A stretch of 64,000 nt of DNA from Candidatus Bathyarchaeota archaeon (lineage in GTDB: Archaea; Thermoproteota; Bathyarchaeia; Bathyarchaeales; Bathycorpusculaceae). This document shows positions 30,605-39,861 of the stretch, piece by piece; position 1 is the first letter of the stretch; each line of letters starts with the position of its first letter. A program made the translations under genes and the position numbers. The stretch covers positions 160,001 through 224,000 of the forward strand of contig CAWHVC010000005.1 in assembly GCA_963832745.1 (NCBI GenBank), read 5' to 3'. Under the pieces are notes generated by a model. The model did not search any database. It was not told the DNA's origin and saw only the letters and a program-made list of their open reading frames with translations.

Positions 30605-31708
30605 TTAGACCCTTTCAGCAAAAACATTCAAAACAGTTGGACTAAAAGTGACATATACTTTGTCACCGACAGTAACGCCCAAGCTTTTAATCACAATAAA
30701 GGCGATTCTTGCTTTTATTAAAAAGCCCACGTCGATTGTGACTTGTGCGGTGGAACGCATCTGCACCATTTCCGCGATTACTCCCTGAAGGCAATTTACT
30801 TTTTCATCAGCATCAGAGGGAGCAACTGGTTGGGTTGTAAGCGTAATGTCTTCAGTTTTCAACGTGACGACCACGTTTTTGTCTTCCAAGTCTGAAGATG
30901 CAGTTGAAAGCATTTGCACACCGTTAACTTCAACTATTAAAAACCCCGCCACCATTTTGCATGCTTTTCCAGAATAAGCGTTTATGCCCAAAAATCGTGC
31001 AACATAAATTGAGGCAGGTTTATCAAAAATTTCTGTTCTGCCGCCGACTTGTTCAATGTGTCCATTGCCCATTACGGCGATTTTGTCTGACATAACAAAT
31101 GCTTCACTCAAATTATGCGTGACGTAAATCGCTGTCATTTTTAGAGTTTGTAAATAATTTTTAAGCTCCAAACGGAAAGATTCTCGAAGCTGCGGGTCAA
31201 CAGCTGAAACTGGCTCATCAAGTAGCAACACCTGAGGTTCAGTAGCCAACGACCTTGCCAAAGCAGCACGTTGCTTCTGTCCACCGCTTAGTTGATGGGG
31301 ATAAAACCGTGCATATTCACCAAGCCCAATAAAGTCAAGCAGTCCTCGGGTTCTTTTTTTGATTTCCTGCTTTGATAGATGCAGGCCTTTTAAACCGAAA
31401 GCTATGTTGTCTTCAATTCGCATATGTGGAAACAGGGAAATAGTTTGGAAAACGTAGCCGATTTTGCGTTCAGATGGATTAAGGTAAACTCTTTTTTCAC
31501 CTTTTTGTCCATCAACTAAAACGCTGTCGATGTAAATGTCGCCCCTGTCAGCAGATGTCAAGCCGGCAATCATGTTTAGAAGTGTGCTTTTTCCTGCACC
31601 GTTTGGGCCAAGCAAAGTTAGGATTTCATGTTTCTCAACAGTTAAATCTAGATTTTGAATAACCTTTTTCTCACCGAACGATTTTGAAAGACCCTGTATG
31701 GTTATCAT
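30605..31708 (-). CDS. modC: Molybdate/tungstate ABC transporter ATPase with TOBE domain
   Basis: GPNGAGKST, LSGGQKQR, LLLDEP, C-terminal TOBE; 4-bp overlap with modB. Confidence 0.85.
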   Translation of the reverse strand: MITIQGLSKSFGEKKVIQNLDLTVEKHEILTLLGPNGAGKSTLLNMIAGLTSADRGDIYIDSVLVDGQKGEKRVYLNPSERKIGYVFQTISLFPHMRIEDNIAFGLKGLHLSKQEIKKRTRGLLDFIGLGEYARFYPHQLSGGQKQRAALARSLATEPQVLLLDEPVSAVDPQLRESFRLELKNYLQTLKMTAIYVTHNLSEAFVMSDKIAVMGNGHIEQVGGRTEIFDKPASIYVARFLGINAYSGKACKMVAGFLIVEVNGVQMLSTASSDLEDKNVVVTLKTEDITLTTQPVAPSDADEKVNCLQGVIAEMVQMRSTAQVTIDVGFLIKARIAFIVIKSLGVTVGDKVYVTFSPTVLNVFAERV

Positions 31709-32523
31709 TGTTTTTTGGCTCCAAACTTTTTCTGTTCCAGCACTTTTATGGCGATTATTACAGAGAAGGATATGGCAATCAGTATTGTTGAGAGCATTAC
31801 GCCAGCGAGTGGGTCTGAATTCATCAACGTGTAGATTGCAAGAGGCATTGTTTGTGTTATTCCTGGTAGGTTACCGGCGAACATTATGGTGGCTCCAAAT
31901 TCGCCCATAGCTCTTGCCCAAGTTAACATTATTCCTGAAATAAGAACTCTCATTGACAAAGGCAACGTAATTGCAAAGAATACTCGAAAACGTGAGCCTG
32001 ATAATATTCTTGCACTGTTTACAACATCGGGGTTTAAGGTTTCAAAACCTGTTTTTGCTGACCTTAAAATAAACGGTGAAGCAACAAAAATTTGAGCAAG
32101 TATAACAGCTACTACACTGCCCGGTATGGTTACGCCAAAAAAGTTAAACACTGGCCCCAACAGGCCTTTTGGTGCAAACGCTAAAAGCAAAGCCACACCA
32201 GCTACGGCGGGCGGCAAAACTATAGGTAAATCAATTAACGTGTCAATGACTGATTTTCCGGGAAATTTTCTTGTTACTAGAAAATAGGCAGTAGGCACGG
32301 TTAAGAGTAGGGAGATTACTGTTGCTATGCCTGAAGTGTACAGACTGAGTTGTATGGCGTCAATTATTGCTGAGTTTTGTAGTTGTGCGCCAACTTGGTT
32401 AGTATCAATTTTTAAAAAAACTGCAAGAATAGGTAAAACAATAAAGAACAGGTAAACAAGTACTGTAACGGCTAAGAGTATTACTGCCAGTTTGTTTGAG
32501 AAATAATACTTCTCACGTTTCAA
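31705..32523 (-). CDS. modB: Molybdate ABC transporter permease
   Basis: LPIVLPPAVAG.ALL, WARAMGEFGATIMFAGN. Confidence 0.9.
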   Translation of the reverse strand: MKREKYYFSNKLAVILLAVTVLVYLFFIVLPILAVFLKIDTNQVGAQLQNSAIIDAIQLSLYTSGIATVISLLLTVPTAYFLVTRKFPGKSVIDTLIDLPIVLPPAVAGVALLLAFAPKGLLGPVFNFFGVTIPGSVVAVILAQIFVASPFILRSAKTGFETLNPDVVNSARILSGSRFRVFFAITLPLSMRVLISGIMLTWARAMGEFGATIMFAGNLPGITQTMPLAIYTLMNSDPLAGVMLSTILIAISFSVIIAIKVLEQKKFGAKKQ

Positions 32524-32592
32524 AGTTGCCTACCTGCAAGGTTGTTGAAATAAAAAAGGTGGTGGGGTTATGCATAAGGCTTGCCCTTTCTT

Positions 32593-33489
32593 TTAAGTTC
32601 CAAAACCGAATGTGTGCAGCAATGTTTGACCATCAGTTGAAAGCCAATAATCCATGTACTTCTGTGCTAAGTCCGCGTTTGTTGTTGAACTGACAACTGC
32701 GATGCCATAAGTTCCTATCGTGTTTACGGTACTTGGCACTTCAACATACAATATTTGTGCTCCTGACATTGCCCCGTAGGTTGCATCTGAAACAAAAGCG
32801 ACACCAGCGTCAACAGTTCCAAGGTTCAAAGCTACTTTTCCGACGACGTCTTCAACTGAGGCTTCATAAGATACCACGTTGCCGTAGAATTTCGCCTTAA
32901 AGTTAGCCCATTCTGCTCCTTTGTATAGCGGACTGCTTGAGTTGCCCCATGTCGCGTCAATCTTTGTCACTGTCTTGTTGGTGTATGAACCTACTGGAAC
33001 GGAGTTGTCTGCTACAACAATTTTAACACCAGTCTTAACGAGGTCTAAAAGTGAAGTAATGTTCTGCGGGTTATCGCCTGGTAATAGTATTTCTAGTTTG
33101 TTGGATGTGAAGTTTTGGTAGCTTCCAAGTAGAAGGCTGGAGTCGTTGAGTTGTTTAGTCCACTTAAAGTCTGCAGCCATGAACACGTCGCATGGTGAGC
33201 CCGAAGTGATTTGTTGATATAAAGTGTTTGAACCGGCTGAGTTGACTATTAAGTGGCAATTGTTTTCTTGCTCAAAAGATGCGGTCATGTTGGTGACTGC
33301 GTTGATTAGACTTGAAGCCATAAATATTCTAAGTTCTGTCGGTGCTGCTGTTGTGGCTTGTGGGGTTGTAGTTGTTGTTGGTGTAGTCTCAGGGTTTCCT
33401 GAAAATGCGCCACTATAAGCTAAGTAGCCTACTAAGGAAGCGCATACTATTAGTACTATTGCAATTATGCTGATGTATTTGGTATTCAT
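32593..33489 (-). CDS. modA: Molybdate ABC transporter substrate-binding protein
   Basis: IFMASSL, SAGSNTLYQQI..G.PCDVFMAA, SVPVGSYT, DAGVAFVSDA; N-terminal TM and Thr-rich linker. Confidence 0.9.
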   Translation of the reverse strand: MNTKYISIIAIVLIVCASLVGYLAYSGAFSGNPETTPTTTTTPQATTAAPTELRIFMASSLINAVTNMTASFEQENNCHLIVNSAGSNTLYQQITSGSPCDVFMAADFKWTKQLNDSSLLLGSYQNFTSNKLEILLPGDNPQNITSLLDLVKTGVKIVVADNSVPVGSYTNKTVTKIDATWGNSSSPLYKGAEWANFKAKFYGNVVSYEASVEDVVGKVALNLGTVDAGVAFVSDATYGAMSGAQILYVEVPSTVNTIGTYGIAVVSSTTNADLAQKYMDYWLSTDGQTLLHTFGFGT

Positions 33490-33605
33490 GTTAATCAGAC
33501 TCGACATTACCGCTCAGTAATTTCGAGTCAAATAAACCTTTTTCTTAAAAACAAAAAAACTGACGATTTTCTTTAAAAAAATCAAGCAAAAACAATTCAC
33601 AATAA

Positions 33606-33629
33606 AACAGTTATTGCTGCATAACTGTT
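33606..33629. promoter_or_regulatory. Perfect palindrome upstream of modA (candidate ModE-type operator)
   Basis: AACAGTTAT-TGCTGC-ATAACTGTT (9-bp arms, 6-bp spacer) between the ModE-like gene and modA. Confidence 0.6.
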
Positions 33630-33647
33630 ATGAAACATCATAATTCA

Positions 33648-33977
33648 TTAAAGCATTTTTTCCAAGAAATCTTTAAGCTCAGCTTGAGCTTTCCGGTACC
33701 TTCTCGCTAAATCCCTGCCGTAAGGCGTCACTTCCGAGGAACCTCCACCTTTTGCGCCTCCACGTACTCGGGTGATTAATTTTTCGCCTAAGCGTTCTTC
33801 TGAGAGGGTGATTCTGTGCAGAGCGTACCGGTATGACATGTTAAGGTGTTTTGATGCTTCAAGAATTGAGTGGTATTCGTCGATGTTTTCGATGAGTTCT
33901 GCTATGCCGTCGCCGAATACTGATTCGCCTTTCTGGTTAATCATCCAAAGTTTTGTTTGGTAGCTTAAAGCACTCAT
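33648..33977 (-). CDS. ModE-like winged-helix regulator (N-terminal domain only)
   Basis: VFGDGIAELIENIDEYHSILEASKHLNMSYRYA..RGGAKGGGSSEVTPYG. Confidence 0.88.
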   Translation of the reverse strand: MSALSYQTKLWMINQKGESVFGDGIAELIENIDEYHSILEASKHLNMSYRYALHRITLSEERLGEKLITRVRGGAKGGGSSEVTPYGRDLARRYRKAQAELKDFLEKML

Positions 33978-34191
33978 TTGTATATCACTTTACTTATCTA
34001 TTGTGTCAAGTATAGACTTAAGCTTAGCGTGTTTACGGCTCAGGTGTTTTGTTTTAGCGGTTTTTTGACTGTTTTGTTTTCGATGCAAATAACATTGATG
34101 TTTAGATGTTTTTGCCAGTAACGCTTTTATAGATTTAAAAAAAAACCCGTATATACAAACTTTACTTGTACGTGTCAATTGATTGTGGAGA

Positions 34192-35076
34192 ATGGATAAC
34201 AAAATGCCCGAAAACAAAGAAACAGCTCCCATGGACCTTTTCACAATCGTCCAAAAAGAGGAGTTAAATCCTGTAACAAAAAAACTTGTGATTTATGCAC
34301 CTGACATTGCAGCAAAAGCCAAAGCGGGACAATTCCTAATTATCAAAGTCCGCGAAAACAGCGAAAGAATTCCATTGACTTTTTCAGACTGGGATAAAGA
34401 AAAAGGCACAATAACAGTAATTTTCCAAGAAGTCGGTTTCTCATCAATCGAACTTGGCGCCCTTAAAGTTGGCGACAAAATTCAAAACCTTGCAGGTCCC
34501 TTGGGCAATCCAAGTGAAATCGAAAACTACGGCACAGCAGTAATTGCCTGCGGTGGTTTAGGTACCGCCGTGGCTTATCCGGTTGCTAAAGCATTAAAAG
34601 CTGCTGGAAACAAGGTTATCACGCTGGTTGGCGCAAGAAATAAAGACTTATTTATTCTTGAAAAAGAAATCCAAGAAGTCTCAGACGAGGTCATATACTC
34701 AACTGATGATGGCTCAAAAGGCCAAAAAGGCTTCGTAAGCGACTTACTTAAAGCCTTGATTGCTACAGGCCAAAAAATCGGCATTGTTTTTGTTATCGGT
34801 CCACCTATCATGATGATGGTAACCTCTGAAGTCACCCGTCCATACGGCATAAAAACTGTTGCCAGCTTAAACCCAATCATGGTTGATGGCATGGGCATGT
34901 GTGGCGCCTGCAGAGTAACCGTTGGCGGCCAAATCAAATTCGCCTGCGTTGATGGACCAGAATTTGACGCTCACAAAGTTGACTTTAAAGAGTTGATGCA
35001 GCGTCTGAAATGTTACTGTTCTGAAGAAAAACAAGCACAACATGGAGAGGGACACTGTCAATGTCACAGCCAATAA
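34192..35076 (+). CDS. nfnA: NfnA/SudB-type FAD and [2Fe-2S] subunit of ferredoxin:NADP+ oxidoreductase
   Basis: AKAGQFLII..ERIPLT, GPLGNP, TDDGSKG.KGFV, SLNPIMVDGMGMCGACRV..FACVDGPEFDAH. Confidence 0.9.
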   Translation: MDNKMPENKETAPMDLFTIVQKEELNPVTKKLVIYAPDIAAKAKAGQFLIIKVRENSERIPLTFSDWDKEKGTITVIFQEVGFSSIELGALKVGDKIQNLAGPLGNPSEIENYGTAVIACGGLGTAVAYPVAKALKAAGNKVITLVGARNKDLFILEKEIQEVSDEVIYSTDDGSKGQKGFVSDLLKALIATGQKIGIVFVIGPPIMMMVTSEVTRPYGIKTVASLNPIMVDGMGMCGACRVTVGGQIKFACVDGPEFDAHKVDFKELMQRLKCYCSEEKQAQHGEGHCQCHSQ

Positions 35077-36482
35077 ATAAAGAAAAAATAACTCAAAACC
35101 GTTTCAAAGCGGTGGAAGTTCCAAAACAAGAACCCCAAGAACGTGTTAAAAACTTCAAAGAAGTCGTGTTAGGTTACACTGAGGAACAAGCGCAAGCTGA
35201 AGCCTCAAGATGCCTTCACTGTACAAATGCACAATGCGTAAAAGGCTGCCCAGTAGGCATAGACATCCCAGAATTCATTAAATGCATAACCCAAAAAGAC
35301 TACGAAGGCGCCATTGTAAAAATCAAGGAGAAGAACAGTTTACCAGCAATCTGCGGACGCGTTTGCCCCCAAGAAGAACAATGCCAAGCTAAATGCATTC
35401 TAGGCAAGAAAGGTGACCCAGTATCTATTGGACGCCTCGAACGTTATGTTGCAGACCTTGAACGTGAAAAAGGCATAAAAGTGCCAGAACCAGCAGCACC
35501 CAACGGTAAAAAAGTTGCAGTAGTCGGCGCAGGACCAGCAGGATTAACAGTTGCAGCTGACCTTGCAAAACTCGGCTATAAAGTTGAAGTTTTCGAAGCT
35601 TTACACACTGAAGGCGGCGTCCTTGTCTATGGCATTCCAGAATTCAGGTTACCAAAAAGCATCGTTAAAGCAGAAGTAGACTACATCGAAAAACTCGGCG
35701 TAAAACTAACCCCAGACGCATTAATTGGCAGACTATTCACAATCGACGAACTGTTCAAAAAAGGCTTTGAAGCAGTTTTCATCGGCACAGGCGCGGGTCT
35801 TCCAAAATTCATGAATATTCCAGGCGAAAACCTTAACGGCGTATACAGCGCAAACGAGTTCCTGATTCGTGTTAACCTAATGAAAGCATACAGGTTCCCC
35901 GAGTACAAGACACCCTTGGGCATAGGAAAGAAAGTTGCAGTCATTGGAGGCGGCAACGTAGCCTTAGACTCCGCCCGATCAGCAATCCGTTTAGGCGCAG
36001 ACAAAGTCTACATAGTCTACAGAAGAAGCAGAGACGAAATGCCCGCGCGTGAAGAAGAAATCCTTAACGCTGAAGAAGAAGGCATCGAATTCAAATTCTT
36101 AACAGCACCAACAAAAATCATCGGCGATGAACAAGCCAAAGTAAAAGCAATGGAATACATCACCATGGAACTATCTGAACCAGACACTTCAGGAAGACGC
36201 AAACCAATCCCAATCAAAGGCTCAGAAACAACAATGGATGTTGACACAGTAATCATCGCGATTGGACGCACACCAAACCCAATCATCCAATGCACCACAA
36301 AAGGCTTAGAAGTACTCCAAGGCGGCATCATCAAAATCGACCGTGAAACCGGCAAAACCAGTTTAGAAGCTGTTTACGCAGGCGGAGACATCGCAACAGG
36401 TGAAGCAACAGTCATCAGCGCAATGGAATCGGGCAAAAAAGCTGCAAAAAGCATCGACGAATACCTAAGCAAAAAACAATAA
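35061..36482 (+). CDS. nfnB: NfnB/SudA-type large subunit (GltD-like, two [4Fe-4S], FAD)
   Basis: RCLHC..CVKGCPV, PAICGRVCPQEEQCQ, VGAGPAG, YGIPEFRLPK, GGGNVALD, AGGDIATGEATVISAM; overlaps nfnA. Confidence 0.9.
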   Translation: MSQPINKEKITQNRFKAVEVPKQEPQERVKNFKEVVLGYTEEQAQAEASRCLHCTNAQCVKGCPVGIDIPEFIKCITQKDYEGAIVKIKEKNSLPAICGRVCPQEEQCQAKCILGKKGDPVSIGRLERYVADLEREKGIKVPEPAAPNGKKVAVVGAGPAGLTVAADLAKLGYKVEVFEALHTEGGVLVYGIPEFRLPKSIVKAEVDYIEKLGVKLTPDALIGRLFTIDELFKKGFEAVFIGTGAGLPKFMNIPGENLNGVYSANEFLIRVNLMKAYRFPEYKTPLGIGKKVAVIGGGNVALDSARSAIRLGADKVYIVYRRSRDEMPAREEEILNAEEEGIEFKFLTAPTKIIGDEQAKVKAMEYITMELSEPDTSGRRKPIPIKGSETTMDVDTVIIAIGRTPNPIIQCTTKGLEVLQGGIIKIDRETGKTSLEAVYAGGDIATGEATVISAMESGKKAAKSIDEYLSKKQ

Positions 36483-36739
36483 ACTTGATTAGAGCAAAAT
36501 TAGCTCTACAAAATTTTTTTATTTAATCTTATTTTGCTTTCGAGTGATTCTAGTAAAATTTGCAAAGCCTTTTTTCGAAAGATTGTTTGCTTCATTACAA
36601 GAAGTTTAAGGCCTAATTTTTTGGGGTACTGTAAAGAAGCTGTTTTGCTTTATGCTGTTTAGAGTACATAAAAAATTAGTTTTTTACTTGTTATGTGAGC
36701 TTGCCGCTTCTGGCAAAAAAGAAAAGATAAACAGCAAAA

Positions 36740-37291
36740 TTAGGGCTTGTAAAGTTTGGGGTCTAATGTATAGAAATTGTTCCCTCCGCCATGGTAAAGC
36801 ATGTGTGCACGTTTTATGTCATAACTGTCCATGAACAGTCCAGCGTCTGCATAGGCTTCCACGATTTTGCCCACAAATACGGTGTGATCGCCTGTGGTAA
36901 ATTTGTCTTCTACAGTGCATTCTATGTGAGCGATGCATTCTTGGATTGCGGGGGCTTTTACTTTTTTGCCAAGAACGGGGGTTAAGCCTGCTTTTTTGAA
37001 TTTATCAAAACTTCGCCCGCTAAAAGCTCCGCACGCAATTACTGCTTGCAATATGTCAACGGGTGGAATGTTTATTGTGAATTCGCCTGACTCTTCGATT
37101 AATGTATGAGAGTATCTGCCGGGTGCGAGGCTGATTGCAACGAGTGCGGGTTTTTGACTGGTGGGCATTGCCCAAGCCAGGGTGGTTACGTTGGGTTTGC
37201 CTGCTTTGCCAACGCAGGATAGAAGGACAGTGTGCATTGGATGCAAGAGGCGGGTGGCAGATTGGTAATTTACGGTTACTTTTGAGGACAC
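36740..37291 (-). CDS. Flavin reductase-like FMN-binding protein
   Basis: PNV..LAW, EFTINIP, CG..SGRSFDKF, APAIQECIAHIEC, GDHTVFVGKI. Confidence 0.9.
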   Translation of the reverse strand: MSSKVTVNYQSATRLLHPMHTVLLSCVGKAGKPNVTTLAWAMPTSQKPALVAISLAPGRYSHTLIEESGEFTINIPPVDILQAVIACGAFSGRSFDKFKKAGLTPVLGKKVKAPAIQECIAHIECTVEDKFTTGDHTVFVGKIVEAYADAGLFMDSYDIKRAHMLYHGGGNNFYTLDPKLYKP

Positions 37292-37370
37292 AATAATTCA
37301 CCTTTAAAGATACAGAAGGGTGATGCACCTTCTTTATTTCTGTTTTTCCACCGCCTAACTGGTCGGCTTG

Positions 37371-37589
37371 TTAAACCGTGATTTGTTCTAGACTGAAAAC
37401 TTGCAGGTCAGCCACGGGTTTCTTTTTGGATTGGACATCATTTACTTTTACGCTTTTTGCGGTTTCTTGCCAGGGCAGCCCGTTGAGGAACTGGTTTAGG
37501 TGGCTTTGAATTTCTTGTTCAATTTGCTCGTTTGGAATACCGTTTGCTTCTTTTACGAGAGTGATTTTTATTGTTGCAATTTTTGCCAT
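37371..37589 (-). CDS. Small hypothetical protein
   Basis: GAGGT upstream; IKITLVKE..NEQIEQEI..LPWQ..VKV; last gene of a three-ORF cluster. Confidence 0.65.
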   Translation of the reverse strand: MAKIATIKITLVKEANGIPNEQIEQEIQSHLNQFLNGLPWQETAKSVKVNDVQSKKKPVADLQVFSLEQITV

Positions 37590-37629
37590 ACTTTTTCCCT
37601 TTACCTCGAATGATTTTTTCTTGTAAATT

Positions 37630-37797
37630 TTAGGTGGACTTGTTTTTTCTGCATTGAACGCAGAGCAGCGTTGTTTTGGTTTTGACGGCTAATTCGTTTT
37701 GAAGGATTATTCGGGTTCCTATGTAGGCGCCGCAGTTGTCGCATTTTAAGCGTATTTGGGCGGCGTACTGGTTTTCTTCAATGACTTCTATTGGCAT
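37630..37797 (-). CDS. 55-aa zinc-finger protein (not in ORF track)
   Basis: MPIEVIEENQYAAQIRLKCDNCGAYIGTRIILQNELAVKTKTTLLCVQCRKNKST: two CxxC pairs. Confidence 0.7.
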   Translation of the reverse strand: MPIEVIEENQYAAQIRLKCDNCGAYIGTRIILQNELAVKTKTTLLCVQCRKNKST

Positions 37798-37946
37798 CGC
37801 TGTGTTGGTCCCCTTTTGTCAATGCTTTTTCTAGTATGTTTTGTGCGTATTCGTCTACTGTTTGCTTGTTTGCGGTGGCTCTTTCTTGTATTGCTTGGTA
37901 TAGTTTTTCGGTGATTTTGATTTTTTTGTGATCTTTGAACGTCTAT
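37778..37946 (-). CDS. Ribbon-helix-helix DNA-binding protein (start ATAG, probably ATG with a 1-nt insertion; not in ORF track)
   Basis: TFKDHKKIKITEKLYQAIQERATANKQTVDEYAQNILEKALTKGDQHSDANRSH: alternating strand, helix, turn, helix, as in CopG/Arc proteins. Confidence 0.65.
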
Positions 37947-37972
37947 GTTCCCTTCTTAGCCTTAGCTCGGCA

Positions 37973-37991
37973 GTACCGTACTTTACGGTAC
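37973..37991. promoter_or_regulatory. Perfect palindrome between the TATA box and the RHH gene
   Basis: GTACCGTA-CTT-TACGGTAC; minus-strand TTATAT at about 37997-38002. Confidence 0.55.
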
Positions 37992-38322
37992 AGTGGATAT
38001 AAGCGTTTGTGCATCACAAAACCGTACAACAAAACTACACATAATCAAAATATTCAATTATATCGAATTACTGCATTAAGCTTAAATTCACTCAGAGCAC
38101 CTATGGGAATAATTCGAGGGGAAACTAAACGCCGAAAAAAGGTTATAAAAGCATCACAGTAAAGACTGAAGTTTACGACTACTATTATAACCAATGGTTA
38201 AAAGTAAAAGAAGACTACACCCTAAAAAAAGGCATACAAAGCTTCTCATCGTACATAACCTACATTCTATTCCAACTAATAGAGGAAGAGAAAAAGAAAC
38301 AAGAACCATAAATTTTTTTAAC

Positions 38323-39861
38323 TTAAGCTTTGTTGATAAAGACAATCACAAGCTTTCCATGAGCAGTCCTCATTATGCTAAAACGCAACTCAACAGGCAT
38401 AATCGTCTTGCCCTTCTTTAACGGCTTAATAAGCTCTACCTCTTTAGTCTTCACCAATTTATCCATCAACGCCTTCCGCTCCGCATCCTTAAGCTGAAGA
38501 AGCTCCAAAAAATTCAACTCCAAAAACTCTTCACAAGTATAACCAAATAATTCACAAGCCGCATGATTAGTATAAACAAATTCACCCGTAAAATTAATCA
38601 AAACAATAGCTTGACTTAAATTATCCAAAATTGCAGCCCTAAGCAGCAAACCTTCCTCACTCTTCCGGTGATCCATAATTTCCTTAGTTAACCGCTTATT
38701 TGACTGCGCATACTCTGCGGTGCGTTGTGCTACTACTACTTCAAGCCGCTGATTATAACTTTGCAGTTCCAACTCCAGCGCCTTACGTTGAGTAATGTCA
38801 TCAAATATGGCGACAAAATGCTCTTTTTTAGGAGAATAAACCGAAAGGTCAAGCCAAATATTAAGCGGTTTAAAGAAAATCTCAAATCTTTCTGGTTTTC
38901 CAGTTTTTGCTACTCTGCCATAAATTTCGAAAATTTCAGGGTTTGCTTCTTTAGTTCCAGGTATGGCTTCAGAAACTTTTTTTCCAAGAATATCCGCCCG
39001 TTTCAAACCCGTTATTATCTCAAAGGAGCTATTAATTTCTAAGTAAACGAAGTCGTTTGGCTGACCGTTTTTATCAAAAAGTATTTTGCAGTAGGCATAA
39101 CCGTCAAGCATGTTTTCAAAGAGGGACCGGAATTTTTCTTCACTTGCCCTTAATGCTTCTTCGGTTTTCTTTTTCTCATCAATATTAACAGTGTAGACAC
39201 GGATTTTTGGTCCAATAGGAATAAAGGAGAACTGTTGAAGATACCAGTGCTCACCGAGCTTGATTTCACGTACAAAAGCGTATTCAGTGGATATTTTACC
39301 TGTGAAGCTGGCAACAATTTTTTCCCAGTCAACAAAAAAGGGCTGCTTCAACCCGTCTTTTTCAAGACTGGGAAACACTTTTTTTGTTGCTGGGTTAGTG
39401 TAGGTTATGTTTCCATCAAAATCCAACTCTATTATCGGGTTGGGATTGAACGCTGGGAAAGAGGCTAAGACTATATAGCGGTCTTGAATTTTTTTTCGAT
39501 CCGTAACTTCTTTTCCTGAAAACACGGCGCGTTTTATTTCTCCTTTCTGGTTTTTAACAAGCAAAATGTGCCATGCAACGATTAGTTCTTTGCCGCTTTT
39601 TGTCAGAACCTCTGTTTCAGAATGAGCCTTACGAAGCGTACCGTTGATTAATTGGTGAAAAGCAAGACGTTGACTTTCACGATTAAACTCTGGAACAAAA
39701 ATGTCAAACCAGTTCTTGCCTAAAACTTCTTCTTTAGAGTACTCTAACAGTTCGCAGCCTTTTGGGTTAATATCCTCAATAGTTTCATTAGTTTTTACAA
39801 GAACAACTATGAGGTCTTCCATGTTTAGGCTGAATCTTTCTTTTTTCACTTTTTTAGACAT
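38323..39861 (-). CDS. Multi-PAS-domain protein (four PAS plus coiled coil) with no output domain
   Basis: INPKGCELLEYSKEEVLGKNWFD; NPNPIIELDFDGNITYTN; FENMLDGYAYC..EINSSFE; LDNLSQAIVLINFTGEFVYTN. No HisKA/HATPase. Start overlaps the glgP stop (TAATG). Confidence 0.85.
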   Translation of the reverse strand: MSKKVKKERFSLNMEDLIVVLVKTNETIEDINPKGCELLEYSKEEVLGKNWFDIFVPEFNRESQRLAFHQLINGTLRKAHSETEVLTKSGKELIVAWHILLVKNQKGEIKRAVFSGKEVTDRKKIQDRYIVLASFPAFNPNPIIELDFDGNITYTNPATKKVFPSLEKDGLKQPFFVDWEKIVASFTGKISTEYAFVREIKLGEHWYLQQFSFIPIGPKIRVYTVNIDEKKKTEEALRASEEKFRSLFENMLDGYAYCKILFDKNGQPNDFVYLEINSSFEIITGLKRADILGKKVSEAIPGTKEANPEIFEIYGRVAKTGKPERFEIFFKPLNIWLDLSVYSPKKEHFVAIFDDITQRKALELELQSYNQRLEVVVAQRTAEYAQSNKRLTKEIMDHRKSEEGLLLRAAILDNLSQAIVLINFTGEFVYTNHAACELFGYTCEEFLELNFLELLQLKDAERKALMDKLVKTKEVELIKPLKKGKTIMPVELRFSIMRTAHGKLVIVFINKA

